Assembly (NCBI RefSeq): GCF_028368995.1
Contig: NZ_JAQNDL010000003.1
Location: forward strand, 1,056,001-1,120,000
Source of the DNA: Nannocystis bainbridge
Lineage (GTDB): Bacteria > Myxococcota_A > Polyangia > Nannocystales > Nannocystaceae
Length of the DNA: 64,000 nucleotides
Reading direction: 5' to 3'
Shown here one piece after another: positions 21,634-31,144 of the stretch. Made by a program: the position numbers and the translations under genes. Each line of letters opens with the position of its first letter. Position 1 is the stretch's first letter. The notes under the pieces were generated by a model. It was not told where the DNA came from and ran no database searches. It saw only the letters and a list, made by a program, of their open reading frames with translations.

Positions 21634-24060
21634 TCAGCTCTTCGGCACCAGCGCCGCCGCGCGGACCGGGTCGAGGCCGGCGAGGCGGGCCAGCGCCGCG
21701 TCGACGATCGCCTTCTCGGCCGGCTGGGCCTTCGGCGCGCTGCGGACGTGGCCCTCGAGGCAGCGGGCCGCCAGCTCCGGCTCCCACGTCTCGAGCTGTT
21801 GCCCGTCGATCTCCGCGACCAGCCCGGCGAACAGCGAGCGGGCCAGGCCCATCTCGCCGCCGTCGAGGCACGCCTCGGCCAGCTCGACGCGGCGGAGGAA
21901 GCGGGACCGGCCGCCGGCCGCCGACTGCACACGCGCGGCTCCGAGGCGCAGGCCCTCCTCGCGCTTGCCGCGGAGCAGGCCCTTGATCTGCGCGATCGCG
22001 GCGTCGTCGATCCCGCTGGCCACCGGCGCCGCGATCACGATCTGCGCCGGCCCGCCCGCGGCCACGGCCACCGGCGCACCGCCACCACCACCGCCACCGC
22101 CGCCGCCGCCGCCGCCGAGCGCCTCGCGCTCGAGCAGCGTCCGGGTCGCGTCGTTGCACAGCGGCGCGCCCGAGTTGTCCTTCAGGTCGAAGATCTTCGG
22201 CAGCCGCGTCAGCAGGGCGCCGACCTCGGCCAGCAGGCCGCGCAGCGCCGGGTCGTGATCGGCCCCGAGGTTCTTCAGCGCCTCGACGCTGTAGCGGTGC
22301 AGGTCGAGCGTGAAGCGGTTCATCGGCAGCAGCGACTCGCTGTGCTCGACCAGCTCGGCCCACTTGCCGGCGTTCATCAGCGCCTCGAGGCGGTTGCGTT
22401 CGCCCTCGGGCAGGCCGTTGATCGCCGTGTTGCCGTCGGGCCGCGTCGGCGGCGGCGCGGCGATGTAGATCCACAGGCCCGAGCGCAGCAGCCGGTAGGC
22501 CAGCGCGTCGCTGGTCTTGGCCCGCCGCAGCGCGTGCCCCAGCTTGACCAGCTCCTCGCCGGTGTTGCGCAGGAACCGGTCGACCGCGGCCAGGTCGGCC
22601 GTCGGCGCGGCGGCCACCGTCTTGGGCGGCTCGATTACCGGCGCCGGCTTGGCCGGGCTGGCCTGAGGGACAGGTGGCGGCGCCTGCTGCTGCTGTTGCT
22701 GCTGTTGCGGCGGCGGCGGCGGCGGGGCCTCGACCTTCGGCGGCGGCGGCGGTGGCGGCGGCGCGGCCGGCTTGGGCGGCTCGGGCGCGGGGATCGTCAG
22801 CAGCAGCTGGTCGATCGACTGCAGCATCAGCCGCAGGTTGGGCGCCTGGTCGGCGTAGCGGGCCCGCGTCACCTGCTGCAGCCGCGTCGCGCTGTCCTTG
22901 AGCTGCTCGATCGCCGCGCGCTCGCTCGGCTTCGGCTGCCACGCCGCCAGCTCCGGCTCGATCTGGTCGAGCACCCCGCGCAGCGCCCCCGCGCGGCCGC
23001 GCAGGCGGGCCGCCGGCGGGAACGCGGTGTCCCAGAACGTGTCCGCGACCTCGGCGACGATCGCCAGGCCGAGCGCGAGGCCGGCGATGCCGCGCGTCTT
23101 GAAGCGCGCCAGCGCCTGGTGGCACACGACCCGCAGGTCCTTGGCCTGGGTCTTCAGCACCGTGTCGGCGTCGCGCACGATCGCCGCCCAGTCGATCGCG
23201 CCGCCGGTCGGCGACTGCAGCTTGTCGACCTCGGCCAGCAGGGTCTGGTACTCGGGCGACTCGGTCGGGTCGCGCCCGGCCGGGTTCGGGCCGACGATCG
23301 GCACCAGCCACGGGCCGGCGATGTCCTTCGGGGTCGGCTTCGGCGGCGGCTCGGGCGGCGCGGCCACCGGCGGCGGCGCGGCGGCCTCGGGGGCCTGGGC
23401 GGGCGGCGGGGCCGCGGGCGCGGCGGATGGCTGTTGGGACATGTCCGACGGGACCTGTCCCGAAGACTCTTCGGGCTGCGCCTCGGCCTTGGGCTCGGGC
23501 GGCAGGGTCGCCTGGATGCTGTCGAGGAGGTCGGTCCACTCCTTGAAGGAGGGCACGTGGTCGCCGAGCTTCTCGCGGGCGCGGCCGCGGAGCTGCTTGC
23601 TGGCGGTGACGAGGGCGGTGATCGCCGCGCGGTCGGACACCTGCGGCGTGTAGCTCTGCAGCCCGGCGGCGGCGTGCTCGAGCAGCCACTTGAGCGCGGT
23701 GCCGCGGCCCTTGAGGCGGGCGACCGGCGGGTACATCGTGTCCCAGAAGCGGTCGAACAGGCCGTCGACGACGAGGACGGCGACGGCGAGGCCGTGGATC
23801 CCGCGGGTCTTCTGCAGGGCGAAGCCGAAGTAGGCGGCGACGAGCAGGTCCTTGGCGACCTTGCCGAGGATCTCGCGGCCGAGGCTCTCGACGCGCGGCC
23901 AGCCGACGGCCTCGCCGATCGGCGAGTTCTCCTTGTCGACCTCGAGCCGCAGCTCCTGGTAGCGCTCGTCGGTGTTGGGGTTCTTGCCGCCCGGCTCGGC
24001 GGCGGAGATCGGCGCGAGCAGAGCCTCGGCCTCCTTGATGAACACCTCGGCGATCGCCAC
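21634..24060 (-). CDS. tssA: T6SS TssA with two ImpA_N domains and a VasJ-like C-terminus
   Basis: LLAPIS..PGG...YQELRLEVDK...AKDL...FWDTMYPP and a second WLVPI..PAGRD..YQTLLAEVDKL...AKDL...FWDTAFPP; C-terminal GRSRFLRRVELAEAC...LETWEPEL. Confidence 0.9.
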   Translation of the reverse strand: MAIAEVFIKEAEALLAPISAAEPGGKNPNTDERYQELRLEVDKENSPIGEAVGWPRVESLGREILGKVAKDLLVAAYFGFALQKTRGIHGLAVAVLVVDGLFDRFWDTMYPPVARLKGRGTALKWLLEHAAAGLQSYTPQVSDRAAITALVTASKQLRGRAREKLGDHVPSFKEWTDLLDSIQATLPPEPKAEAQPEESSGQVPSDMSQQPSAAPAAPPPAQAPEAAAPPPVAAPPEPPPKPTPKDIAGPWLVPIVGPNPAGRDPTESPEYQTLLAEVDKLQSPTGGAIDWAAIVRDADTVLKTQAKDLRVVCHQALARFKTRGIAGLALGLAIVAEVADTFWDTAFPPAARLRGRAGALRGVLDQIEPELAAWQPKPSERAAIEQLKDSATRLQQVTRARYADQAPNLRLMLQSIDQLLLTIPAPEPPKPAAPPPPPPPPKVEAPPPPPPQQQQQQQQAPPPVPQASPAKPAPVIEPPKTVAAAPTADLAAVDRFLRNTGEELVKLGHALRRAKTSDALAYRLLRSGLWIYIAAPPPTRPDGNTAINGLPEGERNRLEALMNAGKWAELVEHSESLLPMNRFTLDLHRYSVEALKNLGADHDPALRGLLAEVGALLTRLPKIFDLKDNSGAPLCNDATRTLLEREALGGGGGGGGGGGGGAPVAVAAGGPAQIVIAAPVASGIDDAAIAQIKGLLRGKREEGLRLGAARVQSAAGGRSRFLRRVELAEACLDGGEMGLARSLFAGLVAEIDGQQLETWEPELAARCLEGHVRSAPKAQPAEKAIVDAALARLAGLDPVRAAALVPKS

Positions 24061-24083
24061 GGCTACCTCCTATTCCCCTCGGC

Positions 24084-25526
24084 TCACTCGCGCGAGCCCT
24101 GGTTCTTCTCGAGCCGACCGAGCAGCGACAGCGTGAACGAGGCGCTGTTGTGCGTGAGGTGCGGCTGCAGCAGCAGCTGACAGCGGTACCACCCGGTCTG
24201 ACCCTCGACCGCTTCGACCTTGATCGAGGCCTTGCGCAGCGGCTTGCGGGCCCGCGTCTCCCAGTGCGGGTTCTCGACGTCGGACACGAAGCCGCGGAGC
24301 CAGTCGGTCAGCTCCTTCTGCAAGGTCTGGCGGCTGTCCCACTGGCCGAGCCGCTCGCTCTGCACGCGCTTGATGTAGTGCGACAGCCGGCACACCAGGA
24401 ACATGTAAGGCAACTGGGCGCCGAGCCGCTCCGACGCCTGGGCCGCGCGGCCCTCCTCGGTGTCGGCGTAGCGGCGCGGCTTCTGGCTCGACGAGGCCGA
24501 GTGGATCATCGCCCCGCCCGAGGCGCGGTCGTAGACGAGGGCGATGAAGCCCTCTTCGCTGAGCATGTGCTCGATGCGGCTGGTGATCAGGCACTCGAAC
24601 GGGCAGCGCGGCGCCAGCCCGGGCATCGACTGGAACCCGATCTGCGTCAGCCCCTCGATCATCCCGCCGGCGCGCGAGCCGATGATGTACACGCACCAGC
24701 GCGTGCGCGCGAAGCTGTCGATCGCCCGCACCGCGAACGCGAACGAGGCCCGGCCCCACAGGTAGTGGTCGTGGTCGTCCTCGACCCGCTCGCGGTAGCG
24801 CAGCTCCATGAACGGGTCGCCGTCGACGCGGTACGGCAGGCGCAGCAGGAACCGCGGCAGGCACAGGCCGACGTAGCGCGCGTCCTCGGTGTCGCGGAAG
24901 GCGTGCCACAGCCGGTAGCGCGGGCCGCCGAGGATCGCCCGCAGGTCGCGGACGCGTGGCATCTGGTCGAGGCACTCGAGGCCGAAGAACCCGGCCGCGG
25001 CGTTGGCGATGAACGGCGAGTGGGCCATCGCCGCGACCGCGGCGCACTGACGCAGCAGCCCGAGGTCCTCGGCGCCGGGGCCGAAGTCGTAGTCGGCCGA
25101 GATGAGCCCGTACGGCTTGCCGCCGAAGGTCGCGTAGGCGCTCGAGTACACCAGCCGGTACAGCCCCGACTGCGGGATCTCCGGCGCGTCGGCGAAGTCG
25201 TCCGCCAGCTCCTGCTTCGTCACGCTCACCAGCTCGATGAACGTGTTGTCGCCCTCGCGCACGTGCTCGACCACGAACCGCAGCCCGCGCCACGCCGACT
25301 CGAGCGCCTGCACCTTCGGGTGGTGCAGGATCAGGTCGAGCTGGCGGGACAGCCGGCGATCGAGCTCGCCGATCATGCTGTCGACGTGGACGGCGTCGAC
25401 CAGCTCCGGCTGGCGCCAGGCGGCCGCGCGGGCCAGCCCGGCGAGCACCGTCTTCAAGCCCTGGCGGACCCGCGGGCGCTGGCTCTCGGGCACGCTGTCC
25501 AGCAGTCCTTCGAGCACGGTGGCCAC
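24084..25526 (-). CDS. tssC: T6SS contractile sheath large subunit
   Basis: ILHHPKVQALESAWRGL, FGGKPYG, AAMAHSPFI, EDARYVGLCLPRFLLRLPY, QLPYMFLVCRLSHYIK; GGAGG RBS before the GTG at 25526. Confidence 0.95.
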   Translation of the reverse strand: MATVLEGLLDSVPESQRPRVRQGLKTVLAGLARAAAWRQPELVDAVHVDSMIGELDRRLSRQLDLILHHPKVQALESAWRGLRFVVEHVREGDNTFIELVSVTKQELADDFADAPEIPQSGLYRLVYSSAYATFGGKPYGLISADYDFGPGAEDLGLLRQCAAVAAMAHSPFIANAAAGFFGLECLDQMPRVRDLRAILGGPRYRLWHAFRDTEDARYVGLCLPRFLLRLPYRVDGDPFMELRYRERVEDDHDHYLWGRASFAFAVRAIDSFARTRWCVYIIGSRAGGMIEGLTQIGFQSMPGLAPRCPFECLITSRIEHMLSEEGFIALVYDRASGGAMIHSASSSQKPRRYADTEEGRAAQASERLGAQLPYMFLVCRLSHYIKRVQSERLGQWDSRQTLQKELTDWLRGFVSDVENPHWETRARKPLRKASIKVEAVEGQTGWYRCQLLLQPHLTHNSASFTLSLLGRLEKNQGSRE

Positions 25527-25528
25527 GG

Positions 25529-28500
25529 TCAGCTGCCTCCGCAGGGGGTCATGTTGGTGAACAGCCGCTTGGGCGGCAGCACGTCGGCGGCGCGGACCAG
25601 CGACAGGAACTGCTTGTTCCCGTTCGGCAGGCCGAAGAACGCGGTGCCGCCGCGGACCCGGCGCGGCCGCACGCGCACGTCGAGCTGGCCGAGGTTGTAC
25701 GACGTCATGTCGAAGCGGAAGCCGATGACCTCGTCGCCCTTGAACTCGGGCACGGTCGACGGCGGCTTCTCGAGCAGCTCGAACAGGCCCCACTCGCCGG
25801 ACATCGCCAGCACCTTGTTGGTCTGGCGGCCGTAGGCCTTGAGCGACGCGCCGTGCTCCTCCTTGCCGGGCCAGCGCAAGAGCGTCGGCTTCTCGTTGCC
25901 GCACGCGAACTCGATCTTCTTGCCCTCGACGGTGACCTCGACCTTGCTGACCTGCGGGTTGCAGGCCAGGATCATCTCGAAGTCGACGCGCAGCTCCTCG
26001 TTCTGGAAGAACACCGTGCCGATGTCCTGGGCCCGGTTGAGGAACCGGATCACGCCGGCGTCGAGCTTGGGCCCGTCGTTGCGGCCGCGGTCGCGCAGCT
26101 CGACGGTGTTGCCCTCGAGCACGACGTAGCCGGACAGCAGCTCCTCGCGGGCCTTGCGGATGAAGCCGTTCTCCGGGTGGAAGAACTCCTCGAAGTCGGC
26201 CACGGCCGCGTCGCTGCGCGAGTCGGCGGCGAACGGGTAGCGGCCGTTGAAGCGCTCGTACATCGGGTCGACGATGCGCGCGCACCAGTCGGCCACCGCG
26301 CCGGTGCCCTGGTCGCGGACCAGCATGCGCAGCAGCTCCTCGAGCGGCGTGACCAGCAGCTTGGTCGTGCCCGCGGTCCAGGTGTCGAGCTCGGCGTCCT
26401 GCACCAGCGACTTGGTGAAGTCGATCGCGCCGCGCAGCTGCTCGACCAGCGCCTTCTCCTCTTCCTTGTTCTCGAGCGCCTTGCCGATCGCGTCGCGCAG
26501 CTCCTTGAGCCGACCGTGGTACTGGTCGAGCCCCGCCATGCCCTCCTTGCCCTCGGGCGCGACGGCGAAGAGCACCAGGCGCGCGAACTCCCGCCGCACC
26601 GCGTCGGCCTTGACCAGCCCGCCGGTGTTCTTGTCCTTGTCCTTGCTCAGCAGGGCCAGCAGCGACTTGTTGTCGCCGTAGTCGTAGTCGTCGACGATCT
26701 CCGAGTGGCGCTTGAGCTCCGCGAACACCCGCCACAGCGGCAGGCGCGGGCCCTTGACCAGCTCGCCCATCAGCCGCTTGCCCTCGTCGAGGCTGGTCGG
26801 CGGGGCGATCCGCGTGCGCTGGATGAAGCGGCGCCACTCCTCCATGTACATCTTGAAGTACTCGGTCCGCATCTCCGCGCCGCGTCGGCGCTGGCGCTGG
26901 CTGGCCTGGGCCTGGTCGAGCCCGAGCACCCACGAGTCGGCCTCGAGCGCGCTCGCCAGCTCGCGCTTGACGTAGGCCCAGCCCTCGATCGTGAACGCCG
27001 GCCGCACCTCGGTGCCGTCGTTCTCGAGGTCCGGCAGGCCGGTCAGCGTGCGCAGGTTGATCTTGGCCAGCTCCTGGATGCCGTTGACCTCGTCGACGAT
27101 CTTGTCGACCTCGGCCCGCACCGAGTCCTCGCGCTTGAGGATCTCCTGCACCTGCTCGATGAGCAGCGGGTCGCGCGGCAGGTTGAAGTCGCTGTCCTGG
27201 GCGAGGTCGATGTACTTGTCGACCGCCCGCTCGATCGCGCCGTACTCGGCGGTCCCGGTCTGCGTGCGCGCGCTGCCCGACCAGCGGATCCGCAGCGTCT
27301 CGCGCAGGAACTTCGACTCGCCGCTGATCGGCTGCATCTCGTAGTTCTTCTTGTCGCCGGTGACGAGCAGGTAGAACCGCAGCGACAGCCGGTTGCGCAC
27401 CCGATCCTCGATGTCGGGGATCAGCTCCGGCGACTCGAAGCGGGCCGCGAAGTCACGCAGCTCGGCCTCGGCCTTGTCGCGCAGCGTCGACGTCACGCCG
27501 GCGAACATCGCGTCCTTGTAGAAGCCGCGCAGCGGCGGCACGACCTCGTCGCGGAACAGGCCCCACTCGCGCACGTGGTCGACGTCGCCGCCGCCCTCGT
27601 CCTCCCAGCGGGCCAGCAGCTCGCGCAGCGGCACGATCTTGCCGCTCTCGACCGGGACGCGGCGGCGCCCGCCGAGCTCGGCCGAGGCGACCGCGCTGGC
27701 GTCGGCGGTCTGCTGGTTGAGGTCGCGGTTGCGTCCGGCCGCGCCGGCCGCGTCGAGCGCGATGTAGAGGCCGACCAGCCCGAGCGACGCGCCGACGACG
27801 ACGCGCTTGACCGTCGACCGCTGCAGCGAGCGCGAGGTCCGGCGGGCCAGGCCGCCGGCCCGCAGCACGTGGGTGCCGATCAGCTCCTCGGTGAAGATGC
27901 GCTTGCTCGGGACCGGGTCGGCCGCGGCAGGCGTGAAGCTGCCGCGGGTCTTTCGGGCCAGGTTCTCGAGCACCGCGTCGACGACCGGCTCGCCGTCTTG
28001 CATCGCGCTGGTGAGGAACACGCCGCGCAGGCGCACCGGGTCGCCGCCGCGGGCCGCGAGCAGGCGCTGGGCGATGGCGGCGAGCGGCTCCTGCATGCCG
28101 GCGATCTGCTGCACGAGCGTGTAGATCCGGCCCTGCCGCGGCGGATCGGGCTCGCGGAAGCGGCTGAGCAGGCGCAGCGCGCGGCGGTCGAGCCAGCCGG
28201 CCAGCGCGTCGAAGCGCGAGCGCAGCTCCTTGACCGCGAGCTCCTCGCTGCGGCCGTCGGGCAGCTCGAAGCCCAGCGGCGAGGTCAGCGTCTCGAACGC
28301 GCCGAGCACGTCGCCGAAGCCCGACAGGCGATCGAGGCGGGTCACGACCAGGAACACCGGCGCGTGGACCTGCAGGCTCGTCACCAGGTCGGAGACCTCG
28401 GCGGCCAGCAGGTCGCCGATCTCGCCGGCGCGGGCGATCGGGTCGGACGCGGAGACGAGGTCGTCGGCGGCGACGCACACGACGATCGCGTGCAGCGGCT

Positions 28501-29092
28501 GGCGGCGCTTGCTGAGCAGCTTGAGCTCCGCGAGCCACGACTTGCGCAGGTCCTCGCGGTGCGCGAGCGCGTGCGGGACCTCGACGAACACCGCCTGGCC
28601 CGGCGCGCTGAACAGCCGCGGCCGGTCCTCCGGCGCCGCGCTGGCGTCGGCGCCCTTGACCGGGCCGTTATGATCGTACTCCGGCAGGCGCTTCGGGTGC
28701 GGCCCGCCGAGCAGGCGCGTCTTGCCCTGGCCCTGCAGGCCGAGCACCGCCACCCACGGGGCGTCGGCGCTGGCGCTGACGAGGCGCGGGCGCGCCGGCG
28801 CGGTGGCCCGCTGGTGGCGCTCGACGTGCTTGAGCGTGGCCGCGACGTCGCGCAGCCGGTTAGCGAAGTCGAGCTGCTCCTGGCTGGCCTTGGGGTTGGC
28901 CTTGTCGACCGCGGCCTTCTTGGCGCGCAGGAAGCTGACGAAGGTGATGATGCCGGCGATGATCACCACCACCGCCATCAGCGCCGCCGTCCACCACACG
29001 TACTCCTGCGGCAGCTTGAGGTAGCGGACCGCGGCGACGACGGCGGCGATCGCCGCGCCGGCGAACGTCAGGACGTAGATCATCCCCTTCAC
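25529..29092 (-). CDS. tssM: T6SS membrane subunit TssM/IcmF
   Basis: Two N-terminal TMs, Walker A GLQGQGKT, RQPLHAIVVCV, LRGVFLTSA, third TM, C-terminal GRYPF...FFHPENG and GEWGLFELL. Overlaps the tssL stop. Confidence 0.93.
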   Translation of the reverse strand: MKGMIYVLTFAGAAIAAVVAAVRYLKLPQEYVWWTAALMAVVVIIAGIITFVSFLRAKKAAVDKANPKASQEQLDFANRLRDVAATLKHVERHQRATAPARPRLVSASADAPWVAVLGLQGQGKTRLLGGPHPKRLPEYDHNGPVKGADASAAPEDRPRLFSAPGQAVFVEVPHALAHREDLRKSWLAELKLLSKRRQPLHAIVVCVAADDLVSASDPIARAGEIGDLLAAEVSDLVTSLQVHAPVFLVVTRLDRLSGFGDVLGAFETLTSPLGFELPDGRSEELAVKELRSRFDALAGWLDRRALRLLSRFREPDPPRQGRIYTLVQQIAGMQEPLAAIAQRLLAARGGDPVRLRGVFLTSAMQDGEPVVDAVLENLARKTRGSFTPAAADPVPSKRIFTEELIGTHVLRAGGLARRTSRSLQRSTVKRVVVGASLGLVGLYIALDAAGAAGRNRDLNQQTADASAVASAELGGRRRVPVESGKIVPLRELLARWEDEGGGDVDHVREWGLFRDEVVPPLRGFYKDAMFAGVTSTLRDKAEAELRDFAARFESPELIPDIEDRVRNRLSLRFYLLVTGDKKNYEMQPISGESKFLRETLRIRWSGSARTQTGTAEYGAIERAVDKYIDLAQDSDFNLPRDPLLIEQVQEILKREDSVRAEVDKIVDEVNGIQELAKINLRTLTGLPDLENDGTEVRPAFTIEGWAYVKRELASALEADSWVLGLDQAQASQRQRRRGAEMRTEYFKMYMEEWRRFIQRTRIAPPTSLDEGKRLMGELVKGPRLPLWRVFAELKRHSEIVDDYDYGDNKSLLALLSKDKDKNTGGLVKADAVRREFARLVLFAVAPEGKEGMAGLDQYHGRLKELRDAIGKALENKEEEKALVEQLRGAIDFTKSLVQDAELDTWTAGTTKLLVTPLEELLRMLVRDQGTGAVADWCARIVDPMYERFNGRYPFAADSRSDAAVADFEEFFHPENGFIRKAREELLSGYVVLEGNTVELRDRGRNDGPKLDAGVIRFLNRAQDIGTVFFQNEELRVDFEMILACNPQVSKVEVTVEGKKIEFACGNEKPTLLRWPGKEEHGASLKAYGRQTNKVLAMSGEWGLFELLEKPPSTVPEFKGDEVIGFRFDMTSYNLGQLDVRVRPRRVRGGTAFFGLPNGNKQFLSLVRAADVLPPKRLFTNMTPCGGS

Positions 29093-29757
29093 GGCACGCC
29101 CTCCTGCAGTCGGCCGGCCAGCGCCTCGGCGTCTTCGGACAGCTCGCTCTCGTAGCCGCACAGCAGCGCGACCGAGAACAGCAGCGCGAGCGCGCCGAGC
29201 CAGAGCGCCAGGTTACTGGTGTGGCCCGGCCGCTTCCACTCGGCCTCGGCCGGGGCCGGCAGGCCGTCCTCGAACGCCAGCCGGTCCTTCAGCTTGTCCT
29301 CGACGCGGCGACACAATTGGTCGAAGCCCTTCTCGTTCGAGCGGGCGACGTACTTGCCGCGGAAGCCGAGGAACAGGCAGGTCGCGTACACCTGCAGCAC
29401 GTCGAGCGCGTCCTCGTCGTCGCGGCGGGCGCCGAGCAGCTTCTCGAGGTGGACGAAGAAATTCTCGCCGGCCCGGACCTCGTTGAAGTAGTCGCGCTGC
29501 AGCAGGTGGTCGACCCAAAAGTCGGCGACCGGACCCGGGGTGGCCTGGGCGACCTCGTCGATGAAGGCCACCAGCGCGTACTTGATGAGCCGGGCGTTCT
29601 CGGCCCCGAACCCGACCTTGCGCGCCGCGGCCTCGGTCGCCTCGACCTGGTCGACCGCGCTGCGGTGGAGCGTCGCCACGTCGGTGACGCCCTCGGGCTG
29701 GTTCAGCAGGAGCGCGTGGTCGAAGCAGACCCGCGTCACCTCGTAGATCCGGTGCAT
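29089..29757 (-). CDS. tssL: T6SS TssL/DotU (no OmpA domain)
   Basis: KYALVAFIDE, LQRDYFNEVRAGENFF, LQVYATCLFLGFRGKY; C-terminal TM. Confidence 0.95.
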   Translation of the reverse strand: MHRIYEVTRVCFDHALLLNQPEGVTDVATLHRSAVDQVEATEAAARKVGFGAENARLIKYALVAFIDEVAQATPGPVADFWVDHLLQRDYFNEVRAGENFFVHLEKLLGARRDDEDALDVLQVYATCLFLGFRGKYVARSNEKGFDQLCRRVEDKLKDRLAFEDGLPAPAEAEWKRPGHTSNLALWLGALALLFSVALLCGYESELSEDAEALAGRLQEGVP

Positions 29758-29760
29758 GCG

Positions 29761-31125
29761 CTAGTCCTCCCGCGCCAAGATCCCCATGAGCGTGACCTTG
29801 GCCCGCCGCGGGTCGTAGGGCGGCTTGATGTAGATGGCGATGGTCCGCTCGTTGAGGATCTCGCGCCAGTGCGGGTCGTCGGTGGTGACGAGGAAGTAGA
29901 CCTGCCGCGGACGGATTGGGATCTCGGGCGGCGGGCGGTGAGCGGTCTTCAGCGGCACGCCGAGCACGTTGTTCTTCACGACCAGCGGGATGCGCTTCCA
30001 GCTGGCGATCTTGGCCAGCTCGGGCACCTCGTTGGCGACCTGCTGCTGCTCGCCCTCGGCCTCGACCGCGAGCACCCACTGCGTGCAGCGCTGCAGCCGA
30101 TCGTCGCGCAGCTCGCCGATCCACGAGTTGTCCTGGCGGGCCCGCAGCGGCACCGTCACGAACGCCTCCTGGATCACGAGGCCGAGCAGCCGCTTGATCT
30201 CATTGGTCAGCTTGCCGAACGCGCCCTGCAGGTCGTTGTACTGGAACGCCGGCAGCTCGGCCGGGTCGCCCTCCGACGAGAACGTCATCAGCGAGCCGCA
30301 CAGCCGCGACAGCTCGACGTAGACCGGCCACGGCGAGGTCGCGGGCGCCTCGCTGAAGTGCTTGAGCACCGGGATCGCGCCGCTCAGCGTCTGCAAAAAC
30401 AGGTAGCGCGTGATGTCCTGGGCGTTGAACTCGATGCGCACGCCGTCGCGGGTGCGCCGCTCCTCGGCCAGCCGGCGCCGCTTGGTCACCGAGAGGCTGA
30501 GCAGGTCCTGCAGCGCGGCCAGCAGCGCCGGCGCGGCGCCGATCGTCAGGCACGGCGGGATGTACTCGTCGTTGAGGCGGAACCCGCCGGTCTCGTCGCG
30601 CACGACCTCGGCGACCTTGATCGCGGCGTAGTCGTCGCGCGGCTCGCTGCCGAACAGCAGCACCAGGTTCGGCTCGCTGAACTGCAGCTCGCGCTCGCTG
30701 CGAGCCATCGTCAGGTCGAACACGTTGCGCGTGACCGTCTTGTAGCGCTGCAGCCCCGCGGTGACCTCGGCGCCGGCGTAGTTGGCCACGCCCTCGCGCA
30801 TCGTCGGCAGCGCCAGGAACACCTCGACCGAGCGCATGCTCGGCGGGAACGCCGGCGCGATCGGTCGGCTCGCCGGGCGGCTCTGGCTGGTCGCCTCGAA
30901 CATCACCGCGGTCCCGTCGGGCAGGACGCCGCGGAAGTTGGTGAGCGCGAGCTGGCCCGCCTTGATCGCGCCGGCGTCGAACGAGATCGCCGCGACGCCC
31001 CACGACAGCGCGGTCATCACCCCCAGCCGCGCCGCCAGGTTCTGCTCGTGATACAGGTCCTGCTGCTGCATGTGCTGCGGGCACAGCAGCATCCCCTCGT
31101 TCCACACGGGTCGTCCGCTCAGCAT
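29761..31125 (-). CDS. tssK: T6SS baseplate subunit TssK
   Basis: PVWNEGMLLCPQHMQQQD, GVLPDGT, YIPPCL, LCGSLMTFS, RPPPEIP. Confidence 0.95.
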   Translation of the reverse strand: MLSGRPVWNEGMLLCPQHMQQQDLYHEQNLAARLGVMTALSWGVAAISFDAGAIKAGQLALTNFRGVLPDGTAVMFEATSQSRPASRPIAPAFPPSMRSVEVFLALPTMREGVANYAGAEVTAGLQRYKTVTRNVFDLTMARSERELQFSEPNLVLLFGSEPRDDYAAIKVAEVVRDETGGFRLNDEYIPPCLTIGAAPALLAALQDLLSLSVTKRRRLAEERRTRDGVRIEFNAQDITRYLFLQTLSGAIPVLKHFSEAPATSPWPVYVELSRLCGSLMTFSSEGDPAELPAFQYNDLQGAFGKLTNEIKRLLGLVIQEAFVTVPLRARQDNSWIGELRDDRLQRCTQWVLAVEAEGEQQQVANEVPELAKIASWKRIPLVVKNNVLGVPLKTAHRPPPEIPIRPRQVYFLVTTDDPHWREILNERTIAIYIKPPYDPRRAKVTLMGILARED

Positions 31126-31144
31126 CGCGTAATCCTCTCCAGTC

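Noticed and set aside
18947-23689. 1580-aa ORF in the track
   Set aside because: The upstream half is an off-frame shadow of tssA; the real gene starts at about 21397 with a lipoprotein signal.
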